DNA of 64,000 bases. It comes from Alkalispirochaeta sp. (GTDB taxonomy: Bacteria > Spirochaetota > Spirochaetia > DSM-27196 > Alkalispirochaetaceae). The notes below the pieces were generated by a model, which had not been told where the DNA came from, ran no database searches, and worked only from the letters and a program-made list of their open reading frames with translations. Position numbers and translations under genes: made by a program. Positions 30,479 to 40,889 of the stretch are shown here, piece by piece (position 1 is the first letter of the stretch; every line of letters begins with the position of its first letter). Where the stretch lies: the NCBI GenBank assembly GCA_965601925.1, contig OZ271854.1, positions 4,160,001 to 4,224,000 on the forward strand. Reading direction: 5' to 3'.

Positions 30479-31131
30479 AACACCCCTCCATCGAGATCGT
30501 ACACCGTATCGCACAGGTACTCGAGTACCGAGTGGTCGTGGGAAATGACGACCATCGCCGGCCCGCGATCAGCACGAATACGTACGAGAAGATTGAGAAT
30601 TCTCGCTTGAACACTCGGATCAAGCGAGGCCACCGGCTCATCAAGAACCAACAACCGCGCGCCGCTCAAAAGGGCGCGGGCGAGCGCGGCCCGTTGCCGT
30701 TGTCCGCCGGACAATTGCGGCGGCCTTACATCGAGAAGATGCTGCGGGAGTCCTACCTCAGTCAATGCATCGACGATTTTTTCACGCACGCGCCGGGGTC
30801 CTCGCAGTACGTCCAGGAGGGACGCAGGCGCGACGGCAGCCTCGGCGAGCGACCACTTCAAAGCGATGCGCGGATTGAGAGACTGTAGCGAATCCTGAAA
30901 TACCAGATGGGCGCACCGTTGTCCGTCCGAGCCATATGCCGAACGCTCCCCGGAAAATCCGTCATCGAGGCCGACGAGGATACGTGCAAGGGTACTCTTC
31001 CCCGATCCGGAGCGGCCGCGAACTCCGATCACGGCGCCGTCGTAAATATCGAGATCGACGCCGCGCAACACTTCATGATCGCCGTAGGAACGGGACACGC
31101 CGCGCAGACTGAGCACCGGTGCGCTACTCAC
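30466..31131 (-). CDS. ABC transporter ATP-binding protein (DppF-like)
   Basis: GRSGSGKST, LSGGQRQR, LDEP, SHD. Confidence 0.9.
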   Translation of the reverse strand: MSSAPVLSLRGVSRSYGDHEVLRGVDLDIYDGAVIGVRGRSGSGKSTLARILVGLDDGFSGERSAYGSDGQRCAHLVFQDSLQSLNPRIALKWSLAEAAVAPASLLDVLRGPRRVREKIVDALTEVGLPQHLLDVRPPQLSGGQRQRAALARALLSGARLLVLDEPVASLDPSVQARILNLLVRIRADRGPAMVVISHDHSVLEYLCDTVYDLDGGVLCVR

Positions 31132-32033
31132 TGTGGCGTGTCCCTATCGACAACGGGATAGAAGCAACGGAACCGCACCTCGGCGTCCCACCCCGGTTCC
31201 TCCTTGCGGCATCGGGGTCGCACCGCGGGACAACGACCGGCAAAGGGGCATCCGCCCTCCTCGGCCCATCGATCCTCGACCGGCAGCTCCGGCAGAGGTT
31301 CGCCGGGGCGATTACGAGCGGGAAGCGAGCGCAATAATATATCGGTGTAGTGATGGTTCGGCCGCGCAAGCACATCCCGCGCCGGCCCGCGCTCGACGAC
31401 GAACCCACGATACAACACGTAGATATGGTCGGCGATGTACTCTACCCCAGCAAGATCGTGGGACGTAAGGAGTACCGTCATACCCTTGCCACGAGAAAGA
31501 CGTCGCAACAGATCGAGTATCCGATCCCGCAACTCGGGGTCCATGGCGCTGGTGATTTCGTCGGCCAACAGCAACACCGGCTCGGCGGCGAGGGCCAGCG
31601 CGATTGCCGATTTTTGGAGCATGCCGCCGGACATCTCAAACGGGAACTTCTCCAAATCGGTCGTATGCAGTCCGACATCTTCGGCGATCGTCACCGCGCG
31701 TCGTCGTGCGGCCGAACGCGACAATCCGCCGACGCATCGTAACACCTCGCGTAATGCTTGCCCAATGCGATGCCGGGGATTCAAATAGCTTGCGGGATCT
31801 TGGAACACCACGGCACGCGCCGGAAGCTCCGGCTCGACCGTCGAGTCGTCGGAGAGTGTAACACGAAGACCCGGCGGCGGAAGTCCCGCCAGAGCGCGCA
31901 GAGTGAGCGTCTTTCCGCTCCCGCTCTCTCCGACCAACGCACACACCGATGACGGCTCCATTTCGATGCGATTCGGCCCGACGATCGTGCGACCCGATGC
32001 GGTGCGAATTCTCAGGGCGGGAACGATTATCAT
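31128..32033 (-). CDS. ABC transporter ATP-binding protein (DppD-like)
   Basis: GESGSGKT, MSGGM, ADE, C-terminal GCPF..RCP. Confidence 0.9.
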   Translation of the reverse strand: MIIVPALRIRTASGRTIVGPNRIEMEPSSVCALVGESGSGKTLTLRALAGLPPPGLRVTLSDDSTVEPELPARAVVFQDPASYLNPRHRIGQALREVLRCVGGLSRSAARRRAVTIAEDVGLHTTDLEKFPFEMSGGMLQKSAIALALAAEPVLLLADEITSAMDPELRDRILDLLRRLSRGKGMTVLLTSHDLAGVEYIADHIYVLYRGFVVERGPARDVLARPNHHYTDILLRSLPARNRPGEPLPELPVEDRWAEEGGCPFAGRCPAVRPRCRKEEPGWDAEVRFRCFYPVVDRDTPQ

Positions 32034-32953
32034 CGTTCCTCCCGGCGAAACATCGGCCACAGCGCTCGTACGACGATATCGCCGCAGAGAGAGAACACCG
32101 GAAAGACGACCGAAAAGAGCAATACGACACCCTGGACGAGGGGTAGATCACGTTGCGAGATCGCCGTGAGTGCGAGACGCCCCAGTCCGGGCAAACCGAA
32201 GACCTGCTCGACGACAATCGTACCGGCGAGAAGATACCCCGCCTGTATGGTCAACACCGTAATCGCGGGAATGAGCGCCGCCGGAAAGATATGCACCAGA
32301 TAGATACGTATCCACGGAATACCGAGGGAGCGCGCGGCGAGCACGTGGGTGCTTCGACGTTGCTCGGAGAGGGCGGCGCGGAGGGTACGAGACAACACCG
32401 CGGCATTACCCAGAGCGAGGGCACACGCCGGAAGCACGTACGCCCCCTCGCCGTCGGATCCAAAGATAGGAAACCATCCCAAACGAAACCCGAACAGATA
32501 GACCAGAACCAAAGCGATCCAAAACTGCGGAAATGCGAATGCCCCGTACTCGAACATGCGCACGCCGATCTCCCACGCCGAACCGATGCGGGACACGAGC
32601 GCCGAGGCGACGGCGATGAAGATACTCATACCGAGCGCCGAGATCGCCAAACGGAACGTCACCGAGAGTCGTTGTGCCAACAGACTCGTCACCGGTTGTC
32701 CCTGGACATACGATACGCCGAGATCTCCCCGTGCGATTCCCGCTATCCAGCGACCGTAACGCTCAGGCCAGGGGCGATCCAACCCCAAGCGCATACGGAC
32801 GAGCTCAACCGTTTCGGGGTCGGCATCCAGTCCCGCTATAACGGAAGCGGGATCTCCGGGAATCACTTGCAGCAAAAAAAAGGAAGCGGTCGCGACGCAA
32901 AAAACTACGGCGAACGTATGTAACACGAGCGAGACGATCCATCGTTGTGCCAC
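32030..32953 (-). CDS. Peptide/nickel ABC transporter permease (DppB-like)
   Basis: PGDPA, GLDRP, GDLG.S, VE.VFGLPGLG, RDLPLVQG. Confidence 0.9.
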   Translation of the reverse strand: MAQRWIVSLVLHTFAVVFCVATASFFLLQVIPGDPASVIAGLDADPETVELVRMRLGLDRPWPERYGRWIAGIARGDLGVSYVQGQPVTSLLAQRLSVTFRLAISALGMSIFIAVASALVSRIGSAWEIGVRMFEYGAFAFPQFWIALVLVYLFGFRLGWFPIFGSDGEGAYVLPACALALGNAAVLSRTLRAALSEQRRSTHVLAARSLGIPWIRIYLVHIFPAALIPAITVLTIQAGYLLAGTIVVEQVFGLPGLGRLALTAISQRDLPLVQGVVLLFSVVFPVFSLCGDIVVRALWPMFRREER

Positions 32954-32962
32954 GGACGACGA

Positions 32963-33397
32963 CTATGACAGGGAGGAGGTAATGCGCTCCAGTACCTTGT
33001 TACGATCCAAGGGCTTCACGATATAGTTCTTGGCGCCGATCATAAGCGAGTTCTTCACTAAATCGTTCTTGCCGAGAGCGCTGATCATGACCACGACGGC
33101 GTTCTTGTCAAACTCGATGATCTTCTCCAACGCCGTAATGCCGTCCATCTTAGGCATAGTGATGTCCATCGTCACTAAATGGACGTTGGGGTGGAGCTCT
33201 TTATACTTCTCGAGGCCCTCTTCGCCGTTGCTCGCGGTAGCGGCGATTTCGAATCCCGCCGAAGTCAGAATCTGACTCAGCTGCTTGGCGACGAACATGG
33301 AATCGTCGACGACTAAGACGCGATACGGTGACCCGTCGGGACGCAATCCCACAACCTCTTTTTCGTTGAGATTCGGAAAGTCACCCTTGCTTTTCAT
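32963..33397 (-). CDS. cheY: Chemotaxis response regulator, spirochaete type
   Basis: Single receiver domain (VDDS, MDITMPKMDG, KP) with an N-terminal extension; AAGGAG RBS. Confidence 0.88.
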   Translation of the reverse strand: MKSKGDFPNLNEKEVVGLRPDGSPYRVLVVDDSMFVAKQLSQILTSAGFEIAATASNGEEGLEKYKELHPNVHLVTMDITMPKMDGITALEKIIEFDKNAVVVMISALGKNDLVKNSLMIGAKNYIVKPLDRNKVLERITSSLS

Positions 33398-33567
33398 TTC
33401 AATAAGCTCCTTGTTCTGCTTTATACCTAAATTTAGGCGAAATTGCAAGAAAACCGCATGCGCCGCCGACGAGCGATAAAAAAAAGTCCGATGTCGTTCT
33501 CAACGACACCGGACCAGAACCAGGTGCTTGCAATATTTTTAAATAGTTTTTTACCTGACAACTATTA

Positions 33568-33583
33568 AGCATGAACCATGCCA
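33568..33583 (-). promoter_or_regulatory. Sigma54 (-24/-12) promoter facing cheY
   Basis: Minus strand TGGCATGGTTCATGCT, i.e. exact GG-N10-GC spacing, in AT-rich DNA. Confidence 0.7.
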
Positions 33584-33742
33584 AGAACGTGCATAGTAGA
33601 TGAAAAAAAGCATCTCATTATGATAAAAAGAATTACAGAGAAGGAGAGGTATCGCCGTTCGCGGCAACGTATGCTGAAGCAAGAACGCGCACCACGATCA
33701 ATGCATATCGCATCATAGCGCTATGAGAAATGCATAGCCGAG

Positions 33743-35146
33743 CTATCGTTTTTTGGCGAACCGTCGGCTTAACGTAGACTGGGAGATGCCCAAAAGTCGC
33801 GCAGCGGCCGATTGATTATCGGCTGATCGGCGCATCGCCTCCGCGAACAGCGCCTCTTCGACATCCGCGAGGCGGGGAAAGGGTCCGTTCCAGGAAAATC
33901 GTCCGTCCTCCGTCCGCGTCTCACCCTCATCGACACGACCTTCGGAATGCATCCGGATGTACTGCCGTAGTACCTGGACCGAAAGTTCACCATTGCGCGA
34001 ACTACTCACCGCATCGGCGACCATCGCCTGAAGTTCCCGTACGTTTCCCGGAAACGAGTACGCTTGAAGAATTTCCTCCGCGTCCTGGGTCACCACGGGG
34101 GCGCCGCGCCCCATGGCGCGCGCGGTCTGTGCTACGAAATACTTCGTCAACAGCGCAACGTCCTCACGACGCTCGCGCAACGGCGGCACGTGCACCAAAT
34201 GTGAAATCAAACGGTAGTACAGATCCTTCCGAAACTGACCGGTCCGCTGTCGCTCTATCAAATCGGCATTGGTTGCCGCCACGATGCGGACGTGCGCGGT
34301 GGACGGCTCATCGCTCCCGAGCGGATAATACTCGCCCTCCTGCAGAAGGCGGAGCAGCTTTATCTGGCTCCCCGGCTCCAGGTCGCCGATCTCATCCAAA
34401 AAGAGCGTTCCTCCCTCGGCCCGCTCCACCAGACCGCCGCGGGCGCGATCGGCCCCGGTAAAGGCGCCCTTCAAATGGCCGAACAACGTATCGGTGAACA
34501 TAGCATCGTCGAGCCCCGCCACGTTGACTACCACGAACTGCCCGGCGCGCCCGCTTGCGCGGTGTATGGAGCGCGCGATCAACTCCTTCCCGGTGCCGCT
34601 CTCGCCGGTGACCAACACCGCGTTGGGGCTCGGGGCAATCGCCTCGATGTATTGAAATACCGCCCGCATTCTGGGAGAGACGGTCAGGATTCGTTCGAAA
34701 ATTTCGGGAACGACCGGACCGTCGATCTCGGCGTGCTCGGTGCCGAACAGACGCAAGCGATCCTCGAGGTCGCGAACGCGAAGCGCGTGCGTCACCGCGC
34801 TCCCCAAACGGTTGCGGTCGATCGGCTTCGTCATGAAATCGAAGGCGCCCTGCTTCATGCACCGTACCGCCGCATCGACGCTGTCGGCCGCGGTCACTAC
34901 GATGACGGGAATACGCGGAAAATCGCGCGTCATCGATGCAAGCACCTCGAATCCGGAGACGTCGGGCATGAACAGATCGAGCAATACCGCCGACACCGGT
35001 CGATCACGGACGATCCCAAGCACCGCTCCGCCGTCGCTCGTGGTAATTAAATTATCGAAACCGAGCCCGTTGAGGCTCACGCGTATGAGCTCCAGGGCAA
35101 CCGGGTCGTCGTCTACTATAAGAATCGCTGGGCGCTTTTCGCTCAC
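33743..35146 (-). CDS. Sigma54-dependent response regulator (NtrC family)
   Basis: Receiver domain, GESGTGKE, GAFTGA, LFLDEIG, FPGNVREL, Fis-type HTH. Confidence 0.94.
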   Translation of the reverse strand: MSEKRPAILIVDDDPVALELIRVSLNGLGFDNLITTSDGGAVLGIVRDRPVSAVLLDLFMPDVSGFEVLASMTRDFPRIPVIVVTAADSVDAAVRCMKQGAFDFMTKPIDRNRLGSAVTHALRVRDLEDRLRLFGTEHAEIDGPVVPEIFERILTVSPRMRAVFQYIEAIAPSPNAVLVTGESGTGKELIARSIHRASGRAGQFVVVNVAGLDDAMFTDTLFGHLKGAFTGADRARGGLVERAEGGTLFLDEIGDLEPGSQIKLLRLLQEGEYYPLGSDEPSTAHVRIVAATNADLIERQRTGQFRKDLYYRLISHLVHVPPLRERREDVALLTKYFVAQTARAMGRGAPVVTQDAEEILQAYSFPGNVRELQAMVADAVSSSRNGELSVQVLRQYIRMHSEGRVDEGETRTEDGRFSWNGPFPRLADVEEALFAEAMRRSADNQSAAARLLGISQSTLSRRFAKKR

Positions 35147-35198
35147 TTTTGTCCTCAATAGGGAGTCGCCATCGATATACTACTGTACTTTGACACAT

Positions 35199-36593
35199 AT
35201 GGGACAAGATTCTCGAATCATTTTTTTAAACACTGCGCCGGTAGCACGTCGACAACGCGTAGTGTACTGGATGCAGGCATCGGTCAGGTCGCGCTACAAC
35301 CACGCCCTCGAGTACGCCGTTCATTTGGCAAACCATCGCAACCAACCGTTGCACGTCGTATTCGGTCTCTCGCAAGGATATCCCGGCGCGCAACTACGAC
35401 ACTATCACTTTTTGGTAGAGGGGCTCTGCGCGGTAGAACGCAATCTTAAAAAACGGGGCATACCCTTTTCCGTGTGGCTCGGCGACACCGGTGCGATCGG
35501 TGTCGCAGCATCTCATATGGCGAGTACGTTGGTCACCGACCGAGCCTACCTGCGTCTCCACCGCCGATGGCGAAGGGACGTGGCCGAAGAGGCGTCGTGT
35601 CCGGTCGTGCAGGTGGAATCGAACGTCGTCGTGCCGGTCGAGCATGCCAGCGGCAAGGACGAGTACACCGCGGCAACCCTACGCCCGAAAATCAATCGCC
35701 TCGTGCCTCAGTACCTCCAGCCGATTTCAACGCAATCGTACCGCGGCGGTGCTGATGAGACGTTTTCCCTTGCGCCGCAGTTCGTATCGGTAGATCTATC
35801 AACGCTCTCCGACACGTACCGTCTTGCCGACTATGTAGAAGTCGACCGGTCCGTCGACCCCGTCGCGGAGTTCGTCGGCGGTGAGGACGAAGCCGACGAG
35901 CGGTTGTCCGAGTTTCTCTCCCGCCGTCTACGCTACTTCGACCAAGAGCGCAACGTCCCGGACCGAGACGCCACCAGTGGGTTGAGTCCCTACCTACACT
36001 TCGGCCATATATCCCCCGTAGAGATCGCACTCCGCGCTCACGACTATGCGGAGAAGCATTTTGACGTCGAAGAACGCGACGGGCTCTCGACGCTTTTGGA
36101 GGAGCTGATCGTCCGTCGTGAGTTGGCCGTCAACTTTACCGAATACAACCCCGAGTACGACCGATACGCGGGGTTGCCGGATTGGGCCCGCCGAAGCCTC
36201 GGCGAACACTCGGGCGACCCGCGCCCGGTCACCTACACGGCCCGACAACTCGAGTGCGCCGAGACCGACGATCCGTATTGGAACGCGTGTCAGCGCGAAA
36301 TGTGCCTGCGCGGAAAAATGCACGGATACATGCGTATGTACTGGGGCAAGAAAATCCTGGAGTGGATGGACGAGCCGGAGGAGGCGTTCCTCCTCGCGGT
36401 GGCGCTGAACGACAAATACGAGCTCGACGGGCGCGACTCTAACGGGTATGCCGGAGTCGCCTGGTGCTTCGGCAAGCACGATCGGCCCTGGGCCGAGCGT
36501 CCGGTCTTCGGGAAGATCCGCTATATGAACGCCAATGGACTCAAAAGGAAGTTCAAACGGATCGATCAATACGTACAGCGATGGTCGGAATGA
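35199..36593 (+). CDS. phr: Class II CPD photolyase
   Basis: VYWM...R...NHAL, SGLSPYLHFG, GKMHGYMRMYWGKKILEW, FGKIRYMN. Confidence 0.93.
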   Translation: MGQDSRIIFLNTAPVARRQRVVYWMQASVRSRYNHALEYAVHLANHRNQPLHVVFGLSQGYPGAQLRHYHFLVEGLCAVERNLKKRGIPFSVWLGDTGAIGVAASHMASTLVTDRAYLRLHRRWRRDVAEEASCPVVQVESNVVVPVEHASGKDEYTAATLRPKINRLVPQYLQPISTQSYRGGADETFSLAPQFVSVDLSTLSDTYRLADYVEVDRSVDPVAEFVGGEDEADERLSEFLSRRLRYFDQERNVPDRDATSGLSPYLHFGHISPVEIALRAHDYAEKHFDVEERDGLSTLLEELIVRRELAVNFTEYNPEYDRYAGLPDWARRSLGEHSGDPRPVTYTARQLECAETDDPYWNACQREMCLRGKMHGYMRMYWGKKILEWMDEPEEAFLLAVALNDKYELDGRDSNGYAGVAWCFGKHDRPWAERPVFGKIRYMNANGLKRKFKRIDQYVQRWSE

Positions 36594-36601
36594 CGCAACG
36601 C

Positions 36602-38560
36602 TTACCGCGCGCCGTCGCGATCCAACGCCATCCACGCATACCCGTAGGGCGGCAAGGACAATCCGTACGGTCCGGGGACGACCGGCTTTGAGCGTACGAC
36701 GTCCACCCCTCCGGCGCTGAAACCCGCCGCGGCGAGAAGCGTTGCCGGTACGAGTTGCTCGCTGGAGTCGAAGTTAGCAAGAATGAGCACGCGTGATCCG
36801 TGCCGGCCTGCACGCACCAACCCGAGAATGTGCGGGTTATCGCACGGCGCGACCTCCGCTCGACCGTCGCCGGCCAACGCCGGGCAGCGTCTTCGGGCGG
36901 CGATAAGATCACGTAGGCGTGAGAATATACGGTGCTCGACCGTGCCCGCACGCATCCTCCGCTCCCGTTCCTCGCGACCGATATGCGGTCGGTGCATCCA
37001 TCGATTATCGGCGGCCGTGGCCGGATCATCCGCGTAGATATAATCGTTAATACGCCCGATCTCGTCTCCTGCATAGATTACCGGAACGCCGTCCAACGCG
37101 AGAATCAATGCGTGAAGCAGGACATGACGGTCAATCGCGAGGGTAAGCAACGATTCATCTCCACGTTCCAACGCGGCCTCGATTCCCGCGAGACTCGCAG
37201 CGGTACCGCTGATCCGCGCATCTCCCGTGTTCGGGTTGTACATGAACTTAGCGCCCCTCGCCGCGGAGCCCGGAAACTCACCGGTGTAGTAGCGAATCAT
37301 GAAGGCCCGATGAGCGGCGGGTTCCCACCCTTGCATGCGAAGATGCGTCTCGTCGTACCCGAGGCCGATATCGTCGTGGCACCGTACGTAGTTCAACCAC
37401 GCCGTGTCGGCCGGCGGGCGCGGTAAGTGCGATAGCCCCAAGCGCACCAAAGCCGACCGTCCCGTCGCCAGTGCGTCCCACAGCAGGACCATGAGCGACG
37501 CATTGTAGGCGAGTTCGCACTCCCGCCCTTCCCAGCGTCCCTCGCCGAAGTAGCGCGCGATTTCGACCGGTTGCACGATCGCCTCGGCGACGAAGGCGAT
37601 CCCGGGTGCGGCGATCCTTGCACACGCATTGAAGAGGCGCACCAGTGTATGGGCGCACGGAAGATTCTGCCCCGTCGTTCCAAGCTGCTTCCACAGGTAC
37701 GGCACCGCATCGAAGCGCAGTATATCCACGCCGCGATTGGCCAGCTCGAACAATACTCCCGTCATCTCGATGAAAACATTCGGATTTGTGTAGTTCAAAT
37801 CCCACTGATAGTCGTGAAAGACGGTCATCGCCCACCGATCGATCTCCGGAACGTAGGTGAAGTTTCCCGGGGCCGTCTCGGGGAAGACCTCGGGAAGGTG
37901 TGCATCAAACAGGTCCGGTACCGAGCGATCCGGATACATGTAGTAGTAGTCTTGATACGTCGGCTCGCCGTTTCGGGCGCGCCGGGCCCACTCGTGAGCG
38001 TCGCTGGTGTGATTAAGTACGTAGTCCAGGATCAACACCATATCGCGCTCGTGGAGCGCCTCGGCGAGTGAAGTCAGATCGGCCATCGTCCCGAGCTCGG
38101 GTTGCACGGCGCGATAGTCCGACACGGCGTATCCCCCGTCGTTGTAGCCGTCCGGTGTTTTGAGCAAAGGCATCACATGGAGCGCATTGACGCCCAAGTC
38201 CGAGAAGTAGTCCAACTCCTTGCGGAGGTTCTCAAGCGTTCCGGCAAACCGATCGACGTATAACTGCATCGCGACGAGCGACCCGTCGGCGTACCACTCC
38301 CCGCGCTCCACACGCCTTTTATCGGTCCGCTTCAGCGACGTCGAACGATCGGACCACGCGGCAAAGAGCGTATCGAGCAGGCGATCGAAGTGAACGTTCC
38401 AATCGATGCGCGCACCGTATAACTCTCGAAATAGCTGATACAAGTCGAAAAAGTTGGTTGATAGTTGGACGACAAAATCGACGTCCGCTGCGGCCGCCTC
38501 TTGTCGAATGAAGAAGCGGCGTAACACAGCGGACGCGCGCCGGGGAATGGAATCGTGCAT
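36602..38560 (-). CDS. Amylosucrase-like GH13 glycosidase/transglycosylase
   Basis: DGGYAVSD, LNHT, RFDAVPY, EAIV, RCHDDIG, RISGT, DNRWMHRP. Confidence 0.88.
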   Translation of the reverse strand: MHDSIPRRASAVLRRFFIRQEAAAADVDFVVQLSTNFFDLYQLFRELYGARIDWNVHFDRLLDTLFAAWSDRSTSLKRTDKRRVERGEWYADGSLVAMQLYVDRFAGTLENLRKELDYFSDLGVNALHVMPLLKTPDGYNDGGYAVSDYRAVQPELGTMADLTSLAEALHERDMVLILDYVLNHTSDAHEWARRARNGEPTYQDYYYMYPDRSVPDLFDAHLPEVFPETAPGNFTYVPEIDRWAMTVFHDYQWDLNYTNPNVFIEMTGVLFELANRGVDILRFDAVPYLWKQLGTTGQNLPCAHTLVRLFNACARIAAPGIAFVAEAIVQPVEIARYFGEGRWEGRECELAYNASLMVLLWDALATGRSALVRLGLSHLPRPPADTAWLNYVRCHDDIGLGYDETHLRMQGWEPAAHRAFMIRYYTGEFPGSAARGAKFMYNPNTGDARISGTAASLAGIEAALERGDESLLTLAIDRHVLLHALILALDGVPVIYAGDEIGRINDYIYADDPATAADNRWMHRPHIGREERERRMRAGTVEHRIFSRLRDLIAARRRCPALAGDGRAEVAPCDNPHILGLVRAGRHGSRVLILANFDSSEQLVPATLLAAAGFSAGGVDVVRSKPVVPGPYGLSLPPYGYAWMALDRDGAR

Positions 38561-38575
38561 GTCGCGTATGTGTGC

Positions 38576-40744
38576 TCAATACTCCTCAAAGTCTGAGTCC
38601 AAATCGTCAACCGGCTTTGGGCTCAAGTCCAAGGATATTCCCGTTGCGTCCTCCTCTGCAAGTACCAGCCCCGTCTCTTTCTTGGCGTTTGATCGCTGCT
38701 CGCGAATCGCCTCATGATCACCGGCGACGAACGACGCATCGGTGTCGGACGACGTGGCTACGGCGAGCCGCTCCGCATGCCGCCGATTCGGTAGGTGCTT
38801 CTCGCGCGATACCGGCGGCGCGGGGAGCGCCCGACGCGGCTCCGATTTCTTACGAGATCCGCCCTGCGCGTTCAGCTTGAAGAATCCCACGACCTGAGAG
38901 AGCTGCTCGGCTTGTCCGCTCAACTCTTCCGACATAGACGCCATCTCCTCGGCGGAGCTCGCATTGCGCTGGATTACCGTATCGAGTTGGAGAATCGCGG
39001 AGTTAATCTGTTCGGCGCCGCTGTTTTGTTCATTGCTGGCGGCGCTGATCTCCTGTACCAACTCGGCGGTGCGCTGTATGTCGGGGACGATCTGTTCGAG
39101 CATATCTCCCGCTTTTTCGGCGATCGCCACCGACCGCCCCGAAAGATCGCTAATCTCGCCGGCCGCCGTCTGGCTACGTTCGGCGAGCTTGCGTACCTCG
39201 CTGGCGACGACGGCGAATCCCTTGCCCGCCTCGCCGGCGCGCGCCGCCTCGATCGCGGCATTGAGAGCTAAAAGATTCGTGCTTCGCGAAATCTCTTCGA
39301 TGATCGAGATCTTCTCGGCGATCTCCTTCATCGCCTGCACCGTCTGTCGCACCGCCTCGCCGCCCTCTTCGGCGTCCCTGGCGCTTTTCTGAGAAATCTT
39401 ATCGGTCTGGAGAGCGTTGTCGGCGTTTTGTCTGATGTTCGAGCTCATCTCCTCCATACTGCTCGACACTTCTTCGGCGCTTGCCGCTTGCTCGGTGGCC
39501 CCTTCGCTCACCTGTTGGGCGGACTCCGAGAGCTGCCCGCTACCGCTCGCGACATTGTCCGCCGAGTTTCGTATATCCTGGACGATCTCCCGCAGATGGA
39601 GAACCATCGTCTTCAACGCATCGGCGAGCTTTCCAAGCTCGTCTTTCTGGTCCAGATCGAGCGCCGCGTCGAGATTTCCGTGGCTGAGCTCTTTTGCAAA
39701 ATCGACGCATTTCGCGAGCGTAGACGTTATCGAACGGGTGATTACCACACCGATTACGATCGCAATGATGAGGGCGCTGATAATGCCGATAGCAACGGCG
39801 ATCACGGCACGTCGGACGGTGGCAATTCCCTCAGCGGCGATGTTCTGTGTCGCCGAGATTCCGGCTGTAGATATCGATCGAGCGGCATCGAGCACCATTT
39901 CGACGGCCGCTTCTCGCTGAGGTCGCAGGCGTGTCAACGCTTCGTAGTCGTCGGCGGCGATACGCATAGCGGCCAAGTACTCCTCGACCGCGCGCTCTAC
40001 CGTATCGAGATCCGCCGAAGCTTCTGTATCGTCGGTAAGGCTCCGAATCTCCGCCACGACCGTTGGTACCCGCTCGAGAGCAGGCAGAGCGCTTCGGATA
40101 CGTTCCGGCTCATTAAAGAGTTGGCCGACGGCGTTCTGCAGTCGCCCGTTCAACACCGCCTCGTTGATCTCGTCGACGCGATTGATGACGGAGACTCTCC
40201 GTTCGAGCACTTGCGCGCCGGCCCCGCGGGCAATCTCATCATTAAGGAGGCTATTCTCGATCTCGGAGAGCGAGGAGATTGCCGTCAACGCCTCGGCGCC
40301 GGCCGTCGTATTTATGACTCGTCCTTCGAGTATACTGTCGACGGCGTCCGAGGTCTCTACAATCAGGCGATCGTAGAGATCGACCGCCTCACGGGCGGCC
40401 GCAGCGTTCTCCGCGAGCGTAACCAAGCCCGAGGAACGGGCGCTGAGCTGGTCGGCTTGGTCGAGATATGCGTATGTATCGGAGAGGTATCGACGACCCT
40501 CTTGGTAAAACTCCCGATTAAAATTGATAGCGAATGCCCGCATGTTGTACATGACGAGAAGCACCGAACGTTCGAGGTTGACCGCAATGTCGGTCTCCGC
40601 GATATGCTCGTCCGACAAACGTACGGAGTCGGCTTGAATTTGAAGCAGATTGATGGCCGCAATCACACCGATCACGACCAGAAGCGTAGTCAGAAGCCCG
40701 AACCCGAACACCATTTTCAGTGCCATCTTCAGGTTTTTTAGCAT
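38576..40744 (-). CDS. Methyl-accepting chemotaxis protein
   Basis: Two TM segments, periplasmic helical sensor, [46 protein letters not shown]. Confidence 0.95.
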   Translation of the reverse strand: MLKNLKMALKMVFGFGLLTTLLVVIGVIAAINLLQIQADSVRLSDEHIAETDIAVNLERSVLLVMYNMRAFAINFNREFYQEGRRYLSDTYAYLDQADQLSARSSGLVTLAENAAAAREAVDLYDRLIVETSDAVDSILEGRVINTTAGAEALTAISSLSEIENSLLNDEIARGAGAQVLERRVSVINRVDEINEAVLNGRLQNAVGQLFNEPERIRSALPALERVPTVVAEIRSLTDDTEASADLDTVERAVEEYLAAMRIAADDYEALTRLRPQREAAVEMVLDAARSISTAGISATQNIAAEGIATVRRAVIAVAIGIISALIIAIVIGVVITRSITSTLAKCVDFAKELSHGNLDAALDLDQKDELGKLADALKTMVLHLREIVQDIRNSADNVASGSGQLSESAQQVSEGATEQAASAEEVSSSMEEMSSNIRQNADNALQTDKISQKSARDAEEGGEAVRQTVQAMKEIAEKISIIEEISRSTNLLALNAAIEAARAGEAGKGFAVVASEVRKLAERSQTAAGEISDLSGRSVAIAEKAGDMLEQIVPDIQRTAELVQEISAASNEQNSGAEQINSAILQLDTVIQRNASSAEEMASMSEELSGQAEQLSQVVGFFKLNAQGGSRKKSEPRRALPAPPVSREKHLPNRRHAERLAVATSSDTDASFVAGDHEAIREQRSNAKKETGLVLAEEDATGISLDLSPKPVDDLDSDFEEY

Positions 40745-40889
40745 TACAGGACCTCCAAAGAGAGCAATGTCGGAGCCAGCATACCTTAGCGTAAGCCAAC
40801 TATAGGTCGATTGCAAGAATTCGCTCCGTCACGCGGAGCGTGTCGACGATACCCATCGAGAAACGCGCACGTCGTAAAACGTCGTGCCG

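Noticed and set aside
32874..32881. A8 tract in the permease as a phase-variation site
   Set aside because: Short, in frame, and explained by Phe/Leu codons in a TM helix.
34740..35198. N-terminal extension of the photolyase (617-aa ORF)
   Set aside because: It overlaps the antisense NtrC gene; family similarity begins at ATG 35199.
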